Source of the DNA: a virus | Virus record (IMG/VR): IMGVR_UViG_3300048800_000035 | Location: 35,701-99,700 of that record | Strand: one strand, 5' to 3' | DNA length: 64,000 nt | In this document: in pieces, positions 28,654 to 38,301 of the stretch | How the letters are laid out: every line of letters starts with the position of its first letter | Position numbering within the stretch: the first letter of the stretch is position 1 | Translations under genes and position numbers: made by a program | The notes under the pieces: model-generated | Seen by the model: the letters and a program-made list of their open reading frames with translations, nothing else | What the model was told of the DNA's origin: nothing | The model's database searches: none

Positions 28654-30974
28654 TAACTAGAATCCCGCGTGACCGAATTTCTGTTACCACTCGCATCGGT
28701 AGTGGCCGAAACTCTGGTTTTCGTGTCGTTGGTGTCCCGGAAAGCAGGAGCATTAGTCGCCGCGCCGCTGATCTTTCCTAGCAAAACTGCTGCTACCAAC
28801 CTCAGCCACTGCCTTACCGTCAGTCCGGTTTCAACTCCTGCCGTCTCGTCTAGCATGGCGTCTGCGATTGAGGTTCGCTCTCCTGCGGTTAGGGCGTAGC
28901 CGGTTTTATCATTGCTGGTCGTAACAACCACGCCAACAATAAGTTCGTCGACATCTGCGCCGATTTCCGTAACTGTCGCAGAATCGGGTATGGCGGTCAA
29001 GCCAGCACCGGCCACGCCAATTCTGGCGAACGAATCTCCGGTCTGTAGCGTGTTACCGGTGTAGGTTGTAAGGGTGTCAACCAGTGTGACCCGCGCTTGC
29101 GTATCAGCCGGCTTGGTGCGACTGGATATGGTTGTGTCCAGGTTTGTCCCGATGATCTTACCAGCAGTCCCAGCGCCATACGCACCCGGTAAAGCAGTTC
29201 CCCACGGATCGCTTGCAGATGTTGAAACTTGCATCGCACTACTAACTGCCGGTCCGTCTGCTTGTAGCAATGCAAATGTAGAAGTTGCATCGGGATTTGT
29301 AACCCAGTTCCAGTCCACCGTAGCAACTTTCGTAGCCCCTACATAAGCCGTAATAACACGGACCTGTCCCGCACCCGTAGCTCCGGTTAGTAAAACATGG
29401 AGTCCAACATAGAAACTGTCAGTAGCCGAGGCACCGACATCCAGCGTAATTGTTCCCGCCGCTCCTGCTTGAGCCGTACTGACGCGGATTGGCACAAGAC
29501 CGGTATTCGCAGCAAAGGAGGTGTTGGCAATCCCGCCCGCTGCCACACTGCCCACTGCGCCAGTTACAGAACCTACAGCACCCGTAACCGAACCTACAGC
29601 ACCAGTTACGCTGCCCACCGCGCCCGTAACAGACGCTACCGAACCAGTGACATTACCTTGCACACTGGCCGATACGACTTGCATACTATCGTCGATCTTG
29701 GCCTCATCCGTTGCTAAAATAGCAAACGTGGATGTTCCGCTTGGGTTGGTTGCCCAAGCACGATCTACAGTCGCAACCTGCGTACTTCCAACATAGCCCG
29801 TAATGATGCGTGACTGACCTACGCCTGTTGAACCAGTGATGGTGATGAGGCAACCATTGTAAAAACTATCTACCGACGATGCACCTGCATCTAGGGTGAT
29901 AGTTGTTGCCGCTCCCGCCGCCGCCGTGTTTGCTCTAACGGGAACCAGTCCAGTATTCGCCGCGAAGGATGCGTTTGTAATACCACCCGCCGCTACACTT
30001 CCCACCGCCCCCGTTACACTTCCAACTGCCCCGACGACACTTGCCGGTGTAGCCGCATTCAAACTGGTTTTCATCGTGGCGGTAAAATCTCCGTTGGTTG
30101 GCGCATTTGTAAGATTGGTAGCAGTAGTAGTCGTTGTAATTGTATCCGCCGTTGTTAGTCCCTGTACCGCCTTGACGGTGGTAATTGCTGTCCCGGCGAC
30201 GTTGTTCATATTTTTGACATTCACATCTAAGATTCCAGCCGTAGCCGGGGAAGATACCGCTGTTCCCAAAATGTCAGCCATATCCACCTTGGGAATACCC
30301 GTTACACTTACTGCGGGAACAACACCCGCTTTCCATGCCTCGACATCAACCTTGGGCCAGTTGTTAGCATCTGTAGCCGCAGTCTGGGTATTGTATTGAA
30401 CTACATTCACCCCCACCTGTGCCGATGTAGTAGAAACAGCAGCATTGGCAATGTTTTTTACATTCACATCTAGAATCCCGGCTGTAGCGGGAGTAGATAT
30501 GACGGTTCCAAGAATATCTTGAATATCCACCTTTGGAACTCCGGTTACTGTTACTGCGGGGATCGCTCCGCCAATCCACGTTAGAACATCTGCCGGAATC
30601 TTTCCCGAAGCGTGTGACGTATTAGCTACGCCGTCGATTTGGACTATATTCGCCGCTGCATTCGCTAGAGTTGTCTGAATGTTAAAAGCATAATCAGCCC
30701 ATTCTTTCGGACTGGTTTGATCTATAAACTGAATGAAGATATTGTCGCCTGTCATTTCAGTCCCAGACGCAGAAACCTTTACCGCAATTCCAGCAGCCGG
30801 TGTGATGGTTGGCAAGGTCGCTAGGTTGTTGAATGCACCACCGTCAATAGAGATTTTTACATCACCGCTGGCTAAGGTTGGGTTGGCTTTGTAACTACCC
30901 GGATTTGACATATCCTGTAGAGCAATGTAAACGATATAGGCTGCTGCGTTGATAGGGGGATTTACCGCTGTCAT
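28653..30974 (-). CDS. large repeat-containing virion protein
   Basis: 773 aa; tandem VTGAVGS hexamer/heptamer repeats and duplicated modules (FAANTGLVPx, ITGSTGVGQSRIITGYVGSTQVATVD). Confidence 0.65.
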   Translation of the reverse strand: MTAVNPPINAAAYIVYIALQDMSNPGSYKANPTLASGDVKISIDGGAFNNLATLPTITPAAGIAVKVSASGTEMTGDNIFIQFIDQTSPKEWADYAFNIQTTLANAAANIVQIDGVANTSHASGKIPADVLTWIGGAIPAVTVTGVPKVDIQDILGTVISTPATAGILDVNVKNIANAAVSTTSAQVGVNVVQYNTQTAATDANNWPKVDVEAWKAGVVPAVSVTGIPKVDMADILGTAVSSPATAGILDVNVKNMNNVAGTAITTVKAVQGLTTADTITTTTTATNLTNAPTNGDFTATMKTSLNAATPASVVGAVGSVTGAVGSVAAGGITNASFAANTGLVPVRANTAAAGAATTITLDAGASSVDSFYNGCLITITGSTGVGQSRIITGYVGSTQVATVDRAWATNPSGTSTFAILATDEAKIDDSMQVVSASVQGNVTGSVASVTGAVGSVTGAVGSVTGAVGSVTGAVGSVAAGGIANTSFAANTGLVPIRVSTAQAGAAGTITLDVGASATDSFYVGLHVLLTGATGAGQVRVITAYVGATKVATVDWNWVTNPDATSTFALLQADGPAVSSAMQVSTSASDPWGTALPGAYGAGTAGKIIGTNLDTTISSRTKPADTQARVTLVDTLTTYTGNTLQTGDSFARIGVAGAGLTAIPDSATVTEIGADVDELIVGVVVTTSNDKTGYALTAGERTSIADAMLDETAGVETGLTVRQWLRLVAAVLLGKISGAATNAPAFRDTNDTKTRVSATTDASGNRNSVTRDSS

Positions 30975-31409
30975 TTATGCCCCTTTTACCAATTCGTGCT
31001 CTGCAATCCAATTTATCAATTGGATTGCCATGCTATCGGGCGGTTCACTAACCTTGATACCGTCCAAGGTTAGTGCCAAAATTCTTGGAATCAAATCTCC
31101 CAATGGAGACACATATGACGCATCGGTAAAAACAAGACTTCCATCGACGGTAAACACCAAAGAGGGGACAGCGGGATCAAAAACAAAAGCATCTTGGACA
31201 GTCACGCCAGAATTGAAATTCAAATTAACACTTCCGAGAGCTTGCCATACATCTATCAGTGGTTGCAAAACAGTGGATTTTGATGTAGCCAATTGTGTTT
31301 GCGCCAATACAATCGCTTTCTGCTTGGATTGTTGAGTCAATTCCGCTTCTTGAAATATCGCTAGAATATCTTTCATGTTTCCACCTAGATCGTAATAATG
31401 ATCGCACAA
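30975..31409 (-). CDS. hypothetical protein
   Basis: 144 aa ORF between repeat protein and Gly-rich protein. Confidence 0.5.
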   Translation of the reverse strand: MCDHYYDLGGNMKDILAIFQEAELTQQSKQKAIVLAQTQLATSKSTVLQPLIDVWQALGSVNLNFNSGVTVQDAFVFDPAVPSLVFTVDGSLVFTDASYVSPLGDLIPRILALTLDGIKVSEPPDSMAIQLINWIAEHELVKGA

Positions 31410-32647
31410 CCACCCGCCGCGAAACCACCTAGACCACCGTTACCAGTATTGGTAGCCGCATTACGAGCGCGTCCTCCCCCACCACTTCCGCCCGCACCAG
31501 CCCCAAAAGCTGCCGCCGATGTAGTTGAGTTTCCACCGGCACCCCCAGCCGTAGCAGAAGCATCGCTACCACCACCTCCGCCACCACTAGCACCATCACG
31601 AGTCCCAGCGGCACCGGCCCCACCGCCCGCTATACCTGCCGTGCCGCCCCCCGCGCCAGAACTCCAACCATTGCCCCCCGTGCCACCCGCCGCTTGCGCG
31701 GTATCAGCCGTTCCACCACCACCGCCCGCGCCCCCCGCCCCCGTCCAGTCGGAAGTTGCACTAACTCCATCACCAGCCGTAGCGCCAGAACGCCCCGTGC
31801 CACCCGTTATCCCCGACACATCACCACTACCGCCCGCACCGCCCGCGCCAGTTTGCGCACCCGCGCCCGCGCCGCCGCCAGTACCCTTAGCACCACCTCC
31901 CCCGGTTAATCCAGCAAAGGTAGTATTGCCGCCAGCAGTACCATCCGTGCCTTTAACATCGGTAGTGCTTGAACCAGCCCCACCCGCTGTCTGCGCTGGC
32001 GTTACCACGTTGCCCGTACTCAATGAACTCAAAAAAACCGTGCGTCTTATAAGACCACCTCCCCCGCCCCCGCCCCCGCCAGCCGCCTGATTCGTGCTAG
32101 TGGTAGTTTTTCCACCTCCCCCGCCTGACCCTCCTCCCCCAACAAGCGTGATGTTTGTAAAGCGATATGGTAGTAAATTGGTAGAGGAAGGCTTGGCCCA
32201 AGAAATAGTTGCATTAGGAATCAGATATGTACGAACGTCTGCCGTTGAATAAGATACCGGGTTGGAAGGAAAAGCTAACAGCATCACAAACAAGCTCAGG
32301 TACTCATGTCCAACTGGGATTGCCAACCCGTGTTCGTCCATTCGCAAGCGACAGAACAGGTCGGCATAGGTTTTGGACATGTGTCGAATAACATATTCCA
32401 GCAGCCGTGTATCTGGTGATTGAATAAACTCATCCCCAAGGCGACGGAATGCACCCTTGGTCGGCGCACAGTCAATACTCGCGATGCCTTTTGCGACACC
32501 TGTTTCTGAAATCGGATAGATGACTGGTTGTTCAAAACCGCTATCGGGATCGGTTTCTTTTACAAACGGCTCCAATGTATCGTACAAATCTGCCAGTCGC
32601 ACACGTCCGTTTGGCAATTGCGCTAACTCGCTAAAGATAGACCTCAT
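31385..32647 (-). CDS. glycine-rich adhesin/structural protein
   Basis: 420 aa; ~220 aa C-terminal Gly-rich domain (GGGGSGGGGKTTTST..., GGTGRSGATAGDG, GTRDGASGGGGGG). Confidence 0.65.
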   Translation of the reverse strand: MRSIFSELAQLPNGRVRLADLYDTLEPFVKETDPDSGFEQPVIYPISETGVAKGIASIDCAPTKGAFRRLGDEFIQSPDTRLLEYVIRHMSKTYADLFCRLRMDEHGLAIPVGHEYLSLFVMLLAFPSNPVSYSTADVRTYLIPNATISWAKPSSTNLLPYRFTNITLVGGGGSGGGGGKTTTSTNQAAGGGGGGGGGLIRRTVFLSSLSTGNVVTPAQTAGGAGSSTTDVKGTDGTAGGNTTFAGLTGGGGAKGTGGGAGAGAQTGAGGAGGSGDVSGITGGTGRSGATAGDGVSATSDWTGAGGAGGGGGTADTAQAAGGTGGNGWSSGAGGGTAGIAGGGAGAAGTRDGASGGGGGGSDASATAGGAGGNSTTSAAAFGAGAGGSGGGGRARNAATNTGNGGLGGFAAGGCAIIITI

Positions 32648-35547
32648 TCATTGCTCCGCGTGTAAGTGGTTGTACTGACAATTAGACCGTTTCTATCCCG
32701 CTCGACCTTTGTTTCCTCCACGCTGGGAGACACCCTGACAACTGGCGAGACATTCACCTGCGGTGCTTCAACATTTACAACTGGGGCGTCCTGCTTGGGT
32801 ACATTTACCGTTACTTGAGCAGGGGATACATTCACAATAGGCGCTGCCTGGTTTGGTATGATAACCGCAGGCGGGGCGAAATTCACAACCGTTTCGGGGA
32901 TGTTGATTTCCGGCGATTCAACCGTAACATTTGGAGCCGAGACATTCACAATTGTATCCGGCAAGATTGTTTGTGGAACATTTACAATCACATCTGGGTA
33001 ATGTTGTTCGGGTACGTTGACCGTTATCTTGCTTTCGGGAACATTGACAATGATTGTTTGGTCCCTAGAGTTACTAGCTACCATTGCTTTTGTCGCCTCC
33101 CGCAATACAATTTCAGCCTCGGAGGGAAGCTTGGGTTTTGGGAGAACGGCCAGATTCTTTTTCGGACCACTTGAGTCCATAGAGAGCCAGCACCTATCGT
33201 TACCGTGGCAAGCGAAATCACCCGGAACTCGCCCGGATGTGGCATTCAGGTAGTCTTGGAACGACGCGTATTCCCTTCCGCCCTCATCGTGAAACTGGGG
33301 GCAGTCGGCGCAGTGTTCAGCAAGTGGGTCGAGATTGGCCTTGATCGGTTGTCCCAATTCGTCGGCCAAAAGACCCGTTCCCCACTGGTGCATTTGCCAC
33401 CAAGTTCCAGCGTAAGATTCAACCCTGGCACCGACAGTCGAAAGTACAGCGCCCAAAACTTCGGCTCCATCTCCTGCTTGAATTGCTATCTGAATGTCTT
33501 GATCGTCAAAGGCTTTTAGTAATTTTGCCTTGATTGCTGGAATAAGACTGTCGGTTAGATATACCTCATTCTCTTTCAACAGCGCGGAAAGTTTGTCCAC
33601 CATTGCCGGCGACTTCCCGTTATCTCCCACGGCCAGGTCAAGCGCATCGGGAATAGACTTGCGGCCCAACCCAATGAGTAGCAAAAGCAGTATTGCGAGT
33701 CTGTCATCAATCACCTTGTTTCGATCTTCTGGATTCGATTTGGCAAGTTCGCTGGCGGTTTCGTCACACCAATCCTTAAATTCCGATCCAAGTTCGTCTT
33801 GGTAAGCGTTCACCGCAGTTGTTTGTTTGTTACGCCGTCCCCGTCCTCCACCTCTCAAGTCGGCCTTGAATGTCTCAAAGACTTTTGAAACACCCTCGGC
33901 GGTATTGTCCGACTCCAACAGGAAACCTTTCAGCGCAGAGAGTTTGGGGATAATCTCCGACTCGAACTTTACCAGTCCAGCACGCTTGCCAGACTTGATT
34001 GCCTTGCTAACCACCTTCTTGTACTTCGTTAGTTCGGTATCAATGCCGGCCAATTCGGCGGCAGACTTTCCAGCAGCTATGTCGTCTACGGTATTCTTGG
34101 GCGCATCACTTCCGGGCATCGCCGCCGTTGGGGTAGGTTTCTTGCGGGTTGGGTCAACAATTCCAGCGGGATCGGGTCGAAGCCCTGCCACTCCCAATCC
34201 AAAGAACCCCATCACAAATTGCGGGTCAGTAGCTAGGTTGAGAGGTAGATCGCCCAAACCCGGAAGCTTGGGGTTGTCGTAAGGCAAAAGATTCAAGTCT
34301 TTTCTTGCGCCGTCGAAGCTATACGCTCTCCAATAAACATTGCGCTCCTGAACCAACAAGGCTCTGTCTTGGGCGCGAATGTCCTCGAACTCCGCTCGAT
34401 ACTGCTTGCCGTAGTATGGGTTGATGAATTGGAGCGTCAGTTGTCCGGCTAAAAGCCTATGCAGCGGATAGACTGTTTTCTCCTTAATCATCTTGTCGAT
34501 AGTATCTAACTCGCGTTTCAACGTGGCGGAGTGAATTGAGAACCCAAGGAAAATGGTATCCAGTTCATCGCGAGTAAAATTCCGTTGAGCAACCAAGTCC
34601 ATCTCGCGATTGGTCAATCCCACCTTAGCAACATTAATATCACCTGATCTAGTAACGATGATCTTGCGCTCTTGCTCAAATTCTTCTCGAATCTGAGACG
34701 AAATGGAAATGAAGTCTCGCTCGCCTGTGTCCTGCGGAAGTGCTAAAACCGTATGCGGAACGCCTCTGCCAGTAACGTACATATCCCGCTGGTAGGTAGA
34801 AATACCAATCTCCGTCTCAAGGGCGATATGGGCAGCAGAGAGGGGGGGCATTCCGTCAATCAAACTAAAGGGGTTAGGGAACATGAAGTGTACGATGTAG
34901 CGCGGATCAATTCGCTTATACGAACCATCGGCCAGTTTGTAGGCGTAACCACCGATAAGTTTCGTCTTGTCCACCAAGGGGGTAATGCGATCTGCGGGAA
35001 CGGGCCAAATCTCTACAATCTTGTTTGGATCACCAGCCTCGGGAGCAAGGAACCAATATCCATTCCCGCGTAGATTCAGCCACCACATCGTATACTGCCA
35101 AATGAAAATCATGTCGGCAACATCGTTGGGGTGTTTGAAAAGTTGTTCGGCGTCGTGGTTCTTGATCTCAACTTCTTGGTTATCCACGACCTGAATGATC
35201 TTCATATCAGCGCCGGAAAATTCTTGTCCAAGAAGCCGAATGTCTGAATAAATCCAAGAGGTTGACGCAGCTATTCGGCGTTTTTCGTCCTCGTTCCAGC
35301 GCTCCGAATCGGTTGAAGAGCGACCAGTTAGGATGCTTCCAATCAGGGAACGGGCGTCCCCCGGAATATTGGCCTTATTCCACAACTGTAAAGCATTGGA
35401 GTAGCGGTCTACCCCCCATCCCACTACCCGATCAATCGTTGACTTCTTCTGCATGACTGTCCCCTCCGGCGATTCTCTCGCCCTGTTCGGAGATATACTT
35501 AACCCTAAACTCTTTGTAACGACAAACTGCTTCGTCAAACTTTCCAT
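32644..35547 (-). CDS. portal protein (HK97 type) fused to MuF/SPP1 gp7-like head morphogenesis domain
   Basis: N-terminal portal signatures (ASTSWIYSDIRLLGQEFS, MWWLNLRGNGYWFL, FLGFSIHSATLKRELDTIDKMIKEKT); C-terminal CxxC-containing LAEHCADCPQFHDEGG...WLSMD; then valine/proline repeats. The true start may be the internal Met at 35454. Confidence 0.75.
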   Translation of the reverse strand: MESLTKQFVVTKSLGLSISPNRARESPEGTVMQKKSTIDRVVGWGVDRYSNALQLWNKANIPGDARSLIGSILTGRSSTDSERWNEDEKRRIAASTSWIYSDIRLLGQEFSGADMKIIQVVDNQEVEIKNHDAEQLFKHPNDVADMIFIWQYTMWWLNLRGNGYWFLAPEAGDPNKIVEIWPVPADRITPLVDKTKLIGGYAYKLADGSYKRIDPRYIVHFMFPNPFSLIDGMPPLSAAHIALETEIGISTYQRDMYVTGRGVPHTVLALPQDTGERDFISISSQIREEFEQERKIIVTRSGDINVAKVGLTNREMDLVAQRNFTRDELDTIFLGFSIHSATLKRELDTIDKMIKEKTVYPLHRLLAGQLTLQFINPYYGKQYRAEFEDIRAQDRALLVQERNVYWRAYSFDGARKDLNLLPYDNPKLPGLGDLPLNLATDPQFVMGFFGLGVAGLRPDPAGIVDPTRKKPTPTAAMPGSDAPKNTVDDIAAGKSAAELAGIDTELTKYKKVVSKAIKSGKRAGLVKFESEIIPKLSALKGFLLESDNTAEGVSKVFETFKADLRGGGRGRRNKQTTAVNAYQDELGSEFKDWCDETASELAKSNPEDRNKVIDDRLAILLLLLIGLGRKSIPDALDLAVGDNGKSPAMVDKLSALLKENEVYLTDSLIPAIKAKLLKAFDDQDIQIAIQAGDGAEVLGAVLSTVGARVESYAGTWWQMHQWGTGLLADELGQPIKANLDPLAEHCADCPQFHDEGGREYASFQDYLNATSGRVPGDFACHGNDRCWLSMDSSGPKKNLAVLPKPKLPSEAEIVLREATKAMVASNSRDQTIIVNVPESKITVNVPEQHYPDVIVNVPQTILPDTIVNVSAPNVTVESPEINIPETVVNFAPPAVIIPNQAAPIVNVSPAQVTVNVPKQDAPVVNVEAPQVNVSPVVRVSPSVEETKVERDRNGLIVSTTTYTRSNE

Positions 35548-35653
35548 TTCTCAAACCGAAGAACACGGCGGTTTGATTGTCTACCCGATTCATAAAGTCG
35601 GCCTCGGTGCCAGCGTCAAAATAAGTGTTTGGTAGTGCAAAGAAAAGTTTCAT
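35432..35653 (-). CDS. small hypothetical protein
   Basis: 73 aa ORF between TerL and portal; overlaps annotated portal N-terminus. Confidence 0.45.
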   Translation of the reverse strand: MKLFFALPNTYFDAGTEADFMNRVDNQTAVFFGLRNGKFDEAVCRYKEFRVKYISEQGERIAGGDSHAEEVND

Positions 35654-38301
35654 ACTAAAGCCAAAAGTGCCCTTTGATTGAGAGGCATTGACCCGGCGGC
35701 GTACCTAAAACAGTCATTTCCGTGATAGACGCTCTTGCCAGCTATTTCGTCGTCAATGGGATTTCCCATTTCATCTGTTCTTCGGTGGTAACTGTTTAGT
35801 TCATTCCGAATGTTGTCGAGATCGTCAAAAATCTGAACGCGAATGGGGCATTCTCCCTTAGTTCCCTCTTTGAGAAGCCCATAAACACGATTGATTCCTA
35901 GCCACACATCGGAAATTTTAGGCTCCCTAATTGGGAGTCCCGCGTCTCTGAACTCCAATCGCCACTGCCCCTCTGCCCTCGCTCCGCCATAGCAAGTGGG
36001 AATTCCAGGTTCTCCAAATGTAATATCTTCCGTATGTTCCTTGGCGGTTTTCTTTCCGGCATGATATTCTCTATAGATATAAATACGGCGCGTTCCTGGT
36101 TCAACGGCCAGATATAGTGCGTGTGTATTTGCTCCGCCGAAGTCTAGTCCCAAATATCGGGGCCATTCCGAGGGAATAGTGAATCTAGGGCAAAGATGTT
36201 TTTCCTCATCAAAGACATCGTAAATCATGTGGCTTGGCCGTCCCACTCTTCCTCTGAATTGCATCGCAAACATATGGGCGGGAAGGGTGGCTTTGGCAAG
36301 GTCGTACTCGTCTTTTGGAAAAACCGGATTGGCAATACTGTCGGCTTGAATTAGAGTAGTGTTAGCAGATTCGCTATCAGTAACATCAACCTCTGCACCG
36401 TTATCAAGCGTAAGGGTGGTAGTCGTACCCGTTTTCATTGCCGGATTGATAATCTCCGAGATGATCCATCCCAAATTGAACAGCGTGCTGGTGATGAGCA
36501 TACGTCCACGATTCAACATCAAACGACGACGAATGGCTCGGTAGGCTTCAATTCCAAATCCGTCTTGACCAGCCTCGTCCAAAATAGCAGCTTTGGCGGT
36601 GGACGACTCTAGGCCACCAGTTGATTGTGCGGAACGGAGAATTATGCGACCCCACATCGCGTCGGTTGATTTGTCAGCCCAGAACTTTCCGGTAGCAGGA
36701 TCGGATAGTTCGATAATCTTGTCCCCGGCCCAATAGCGACCACTTTTTAGAATCTGTTCAAAAACCTTTAGCATTTCCCGTAAAAATTTAGCCTTGAATA
36801 AATCGAACGAGGCTGTTACCGCCAAATAGTCACCAGAACCTCTAAGCCTAATTTCTCTTTCCAACCACCAGGGAGCGAGGCTCGTATTGTGGGCAAATAT
36901 GTCGTTAGCGATAAAGTTGTGACCATTTTCAACCGTTATGTCAAAAACTTCCTGCGGGCCGAGTGGTTCAAGGCTTTCAATTTTATCCCAGTAAATATCC
37001 GAATACGCCTCGTATTCCCCAACCGAGAAATGCCTGAATAGGCGCTGTGCCATCCACCTCGCGACGGTGTCCCGCCGAGAAGAGCGGACCAAATTGAATC
37101 CATCTTGATCCCAATGTTCTTGCCCTGGCCTAGATACGCCTCCTAAAATATCCACACATTTCTGGCGCGGAAAGTTGGGAATAACATCTTTTCCGTTTGG
37201 TCTAATTTCTACGAGATTATTCAGATAGTTCTTTAGTCGCCCATATTTATCGCCAGTAAATCCAATACGTTCTTGGAACACGCGAACGGATTGTTCGTTC
37301 TTGAAATGCAATCTCCAGGCATCGAACTCTTTACCCTCGCAATGGGACAGTTTATATTTCTTTCTGCCAACAATCCCAAATCTAAGCAGAAGGTGTTGAA
37401 TATCATCAATCATCCCTTCTGATGCTAGACATATCTCGATTGCCCCATCTTTGCCAACAGTCCCATCGCATGAGTACAAAGCGTTTAGTAGGTGGGCTAT
37501 CGACCGATTATCAAGCGTGTAAACAAAGTCCGGTATCCGCTTGTGCTTGGATAGTTTTCCGAATATCCCCCACTCGCGACAGAGATTGATTACAGCGTTT
37601 TTGTGCTGCCCATTTTTAGTTCCACGGATACGATAATTACACCTAGAATCGTGTTTCAGTTCCGTCTCATTGGGAAGTATGCTCACTAAGTCGTCCAAGA
37701 TTACCTGGTCCATGTTTGAGAACATGGGCGACCCCTTGGTCACACCACCATCCCCCAGCAGGTATCCCAGCAACTTCATTTCGTTGCGAGTTTTTGATTC
37801 CGTTCCCATTTCTGGCAACGAACGAGGAACGCCAATCCAATCTCCCGGATATAACTCGCCCACTGGAATCCATCCGTATTCCGAATAAACAGGGTGCTCT
37901 TTGGTAACAATCAAAGAACGACCAGAATATGTAATCAGTTTGAATGTCTCTTTTATTCCGGTAGGAAAACTAGCGGTTACTCGGTTGCGCTCAATCTTAA
38001 GTGTTGGCCCAAGCGACAAAACAACATCGCCCGGTTTTACATTTTGAACATCAACTCGCTCGCCATTGGCAAGTTGAACTTTTCCCAAAATGCACTTTCC
38101 AGACTGCGCTCCGGCTAAATAGGCTACAATTCTTCGCTGACTATCCCACACCTCGTCCTGCGCCCGATGGAATGGAACTGGCGATACCTCGTCTATTCCA
38201 ATCAAATGACGTTCGGGCCACTTGGGTGTACGTGACGCCGCTTTTTGTTTCGCCCGTTGGAGGCGATCCATCATGGCGTCGTTGTGGAGATTAGGGAGCA
38301 T
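35650..38301 (-). CDS. terL: terminase large subunit containing an intein
   Basis: Removing residues 70-472 restores IVAYLAGAQSGK|TSLAPWW (Walker A). Walker B KAAILDEAG; nuclease motif YLGLDFGG. Confidence 0.9.
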   Translation of the reverse strand: MLPNLHNDAMMDRLQRAKQKAASRTPKWPERHLIGIDEVSPVPFHRAQDEVWDSQRRIVAYLAGAQSGKCILGKVQLANGERVDVQNVKPGDVVLSLGPTLKIERNRVTASFPTGIKETFKLITYSGRSLIVTKEHPVYSEYGWIPVGELYPGDWIGVPRSLPEMGTESKTRNEMKLLGYLLGDGGVTKGSPMFSNMDQVILDDLVSILPNETELKHDSRCNYRIRGTKNGQHKNAVINLCREWGIFGKLSKHKRIPDFVYTLDNRSIAHLLNALYSCDGTVGKDGAIEICLASEGMIDDIQHLLLRFGIVGRKKYKLSHCEGKEFDAWRLHFKNEQSVRVFQERIGFTGDKYGRLKNYLNNLVEIRPNGKDVIPNFPRQKCVDILGGVSRPGQEHWDQDGFNLVRSSRRDTVARWMAQRLFRHFSVGEYEAYSDIYWDKIESLEPLGPQEVFDITVENGHNFIANDIFAHNTSLAPWWLEREIRLRGSGDYLAVTASFDLFKAKFLREMLKVFEQILKSGRYWAGDKIIELSDPATGKFWADKSTDAMWGRIILRSAQSTGGLESSTAKAAILDEAGQDGFGIEAYRAIRRRLMLNRGRMLITSTLFNLGWIISEIINPAMKTGTTTTLTLDNGAEVDVTDSESANTTLIQADSIANPVFPKDEYDLAKATLPAHMFAMQFRGRVGRPSHMIYDVFDEEKHLCPRFTIPSEWPRYLGLDFGGANTHALYLAVEPGTRRIYIYREYHAGKKTAKEHTEDITFGEPGIPTCYGGARAEGQWRLEFRDAGLPIREPKISDVWLGINRVYGLLKEGTKGECPIRVQIFDDLDNIRNELNSYHRRTDEMGNPIDDEIAGKSVYHGNDCFRYAAGSMPLNQRALLALV
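36886..38094 (-). mobile_element. Intein with LAGLIDADG-type (DOD) homing endonuclease, inserted in TerL Walker A
   Basis: Starts CILGKVQLANGERVDVQNVKPGD, block B-like TKEHPVYSEYGW, DOD motifs LLGYLLGDGGV and LLNALYSCDGTV, ends VFDITVENGHNFIANDIFAHN followed by extein Thr; 403 aa. Confidence 0.92.

Noticed and set aside
29521-29660. Short-period direct repeats considered as a CRISPR array
   Set aside because: The ~18-21 nt unit is in-frame coding DNA (VTGAVGS repeats) without unique spacers of uniform length.
31398-32090. 230-aa proline-rich + strand ORF
   Set aside because: It is the exact antisense of the Gly-rich domain codons (GGN/GCN give CCN/PPP on the opposite strand); an artefact of composition.
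33827-34282. 151-aa + strand ORF in the portal gene
   Set aside because: Antisense shadow of the portal-MuF gene; low-complexity Pro/Ser-rich product.
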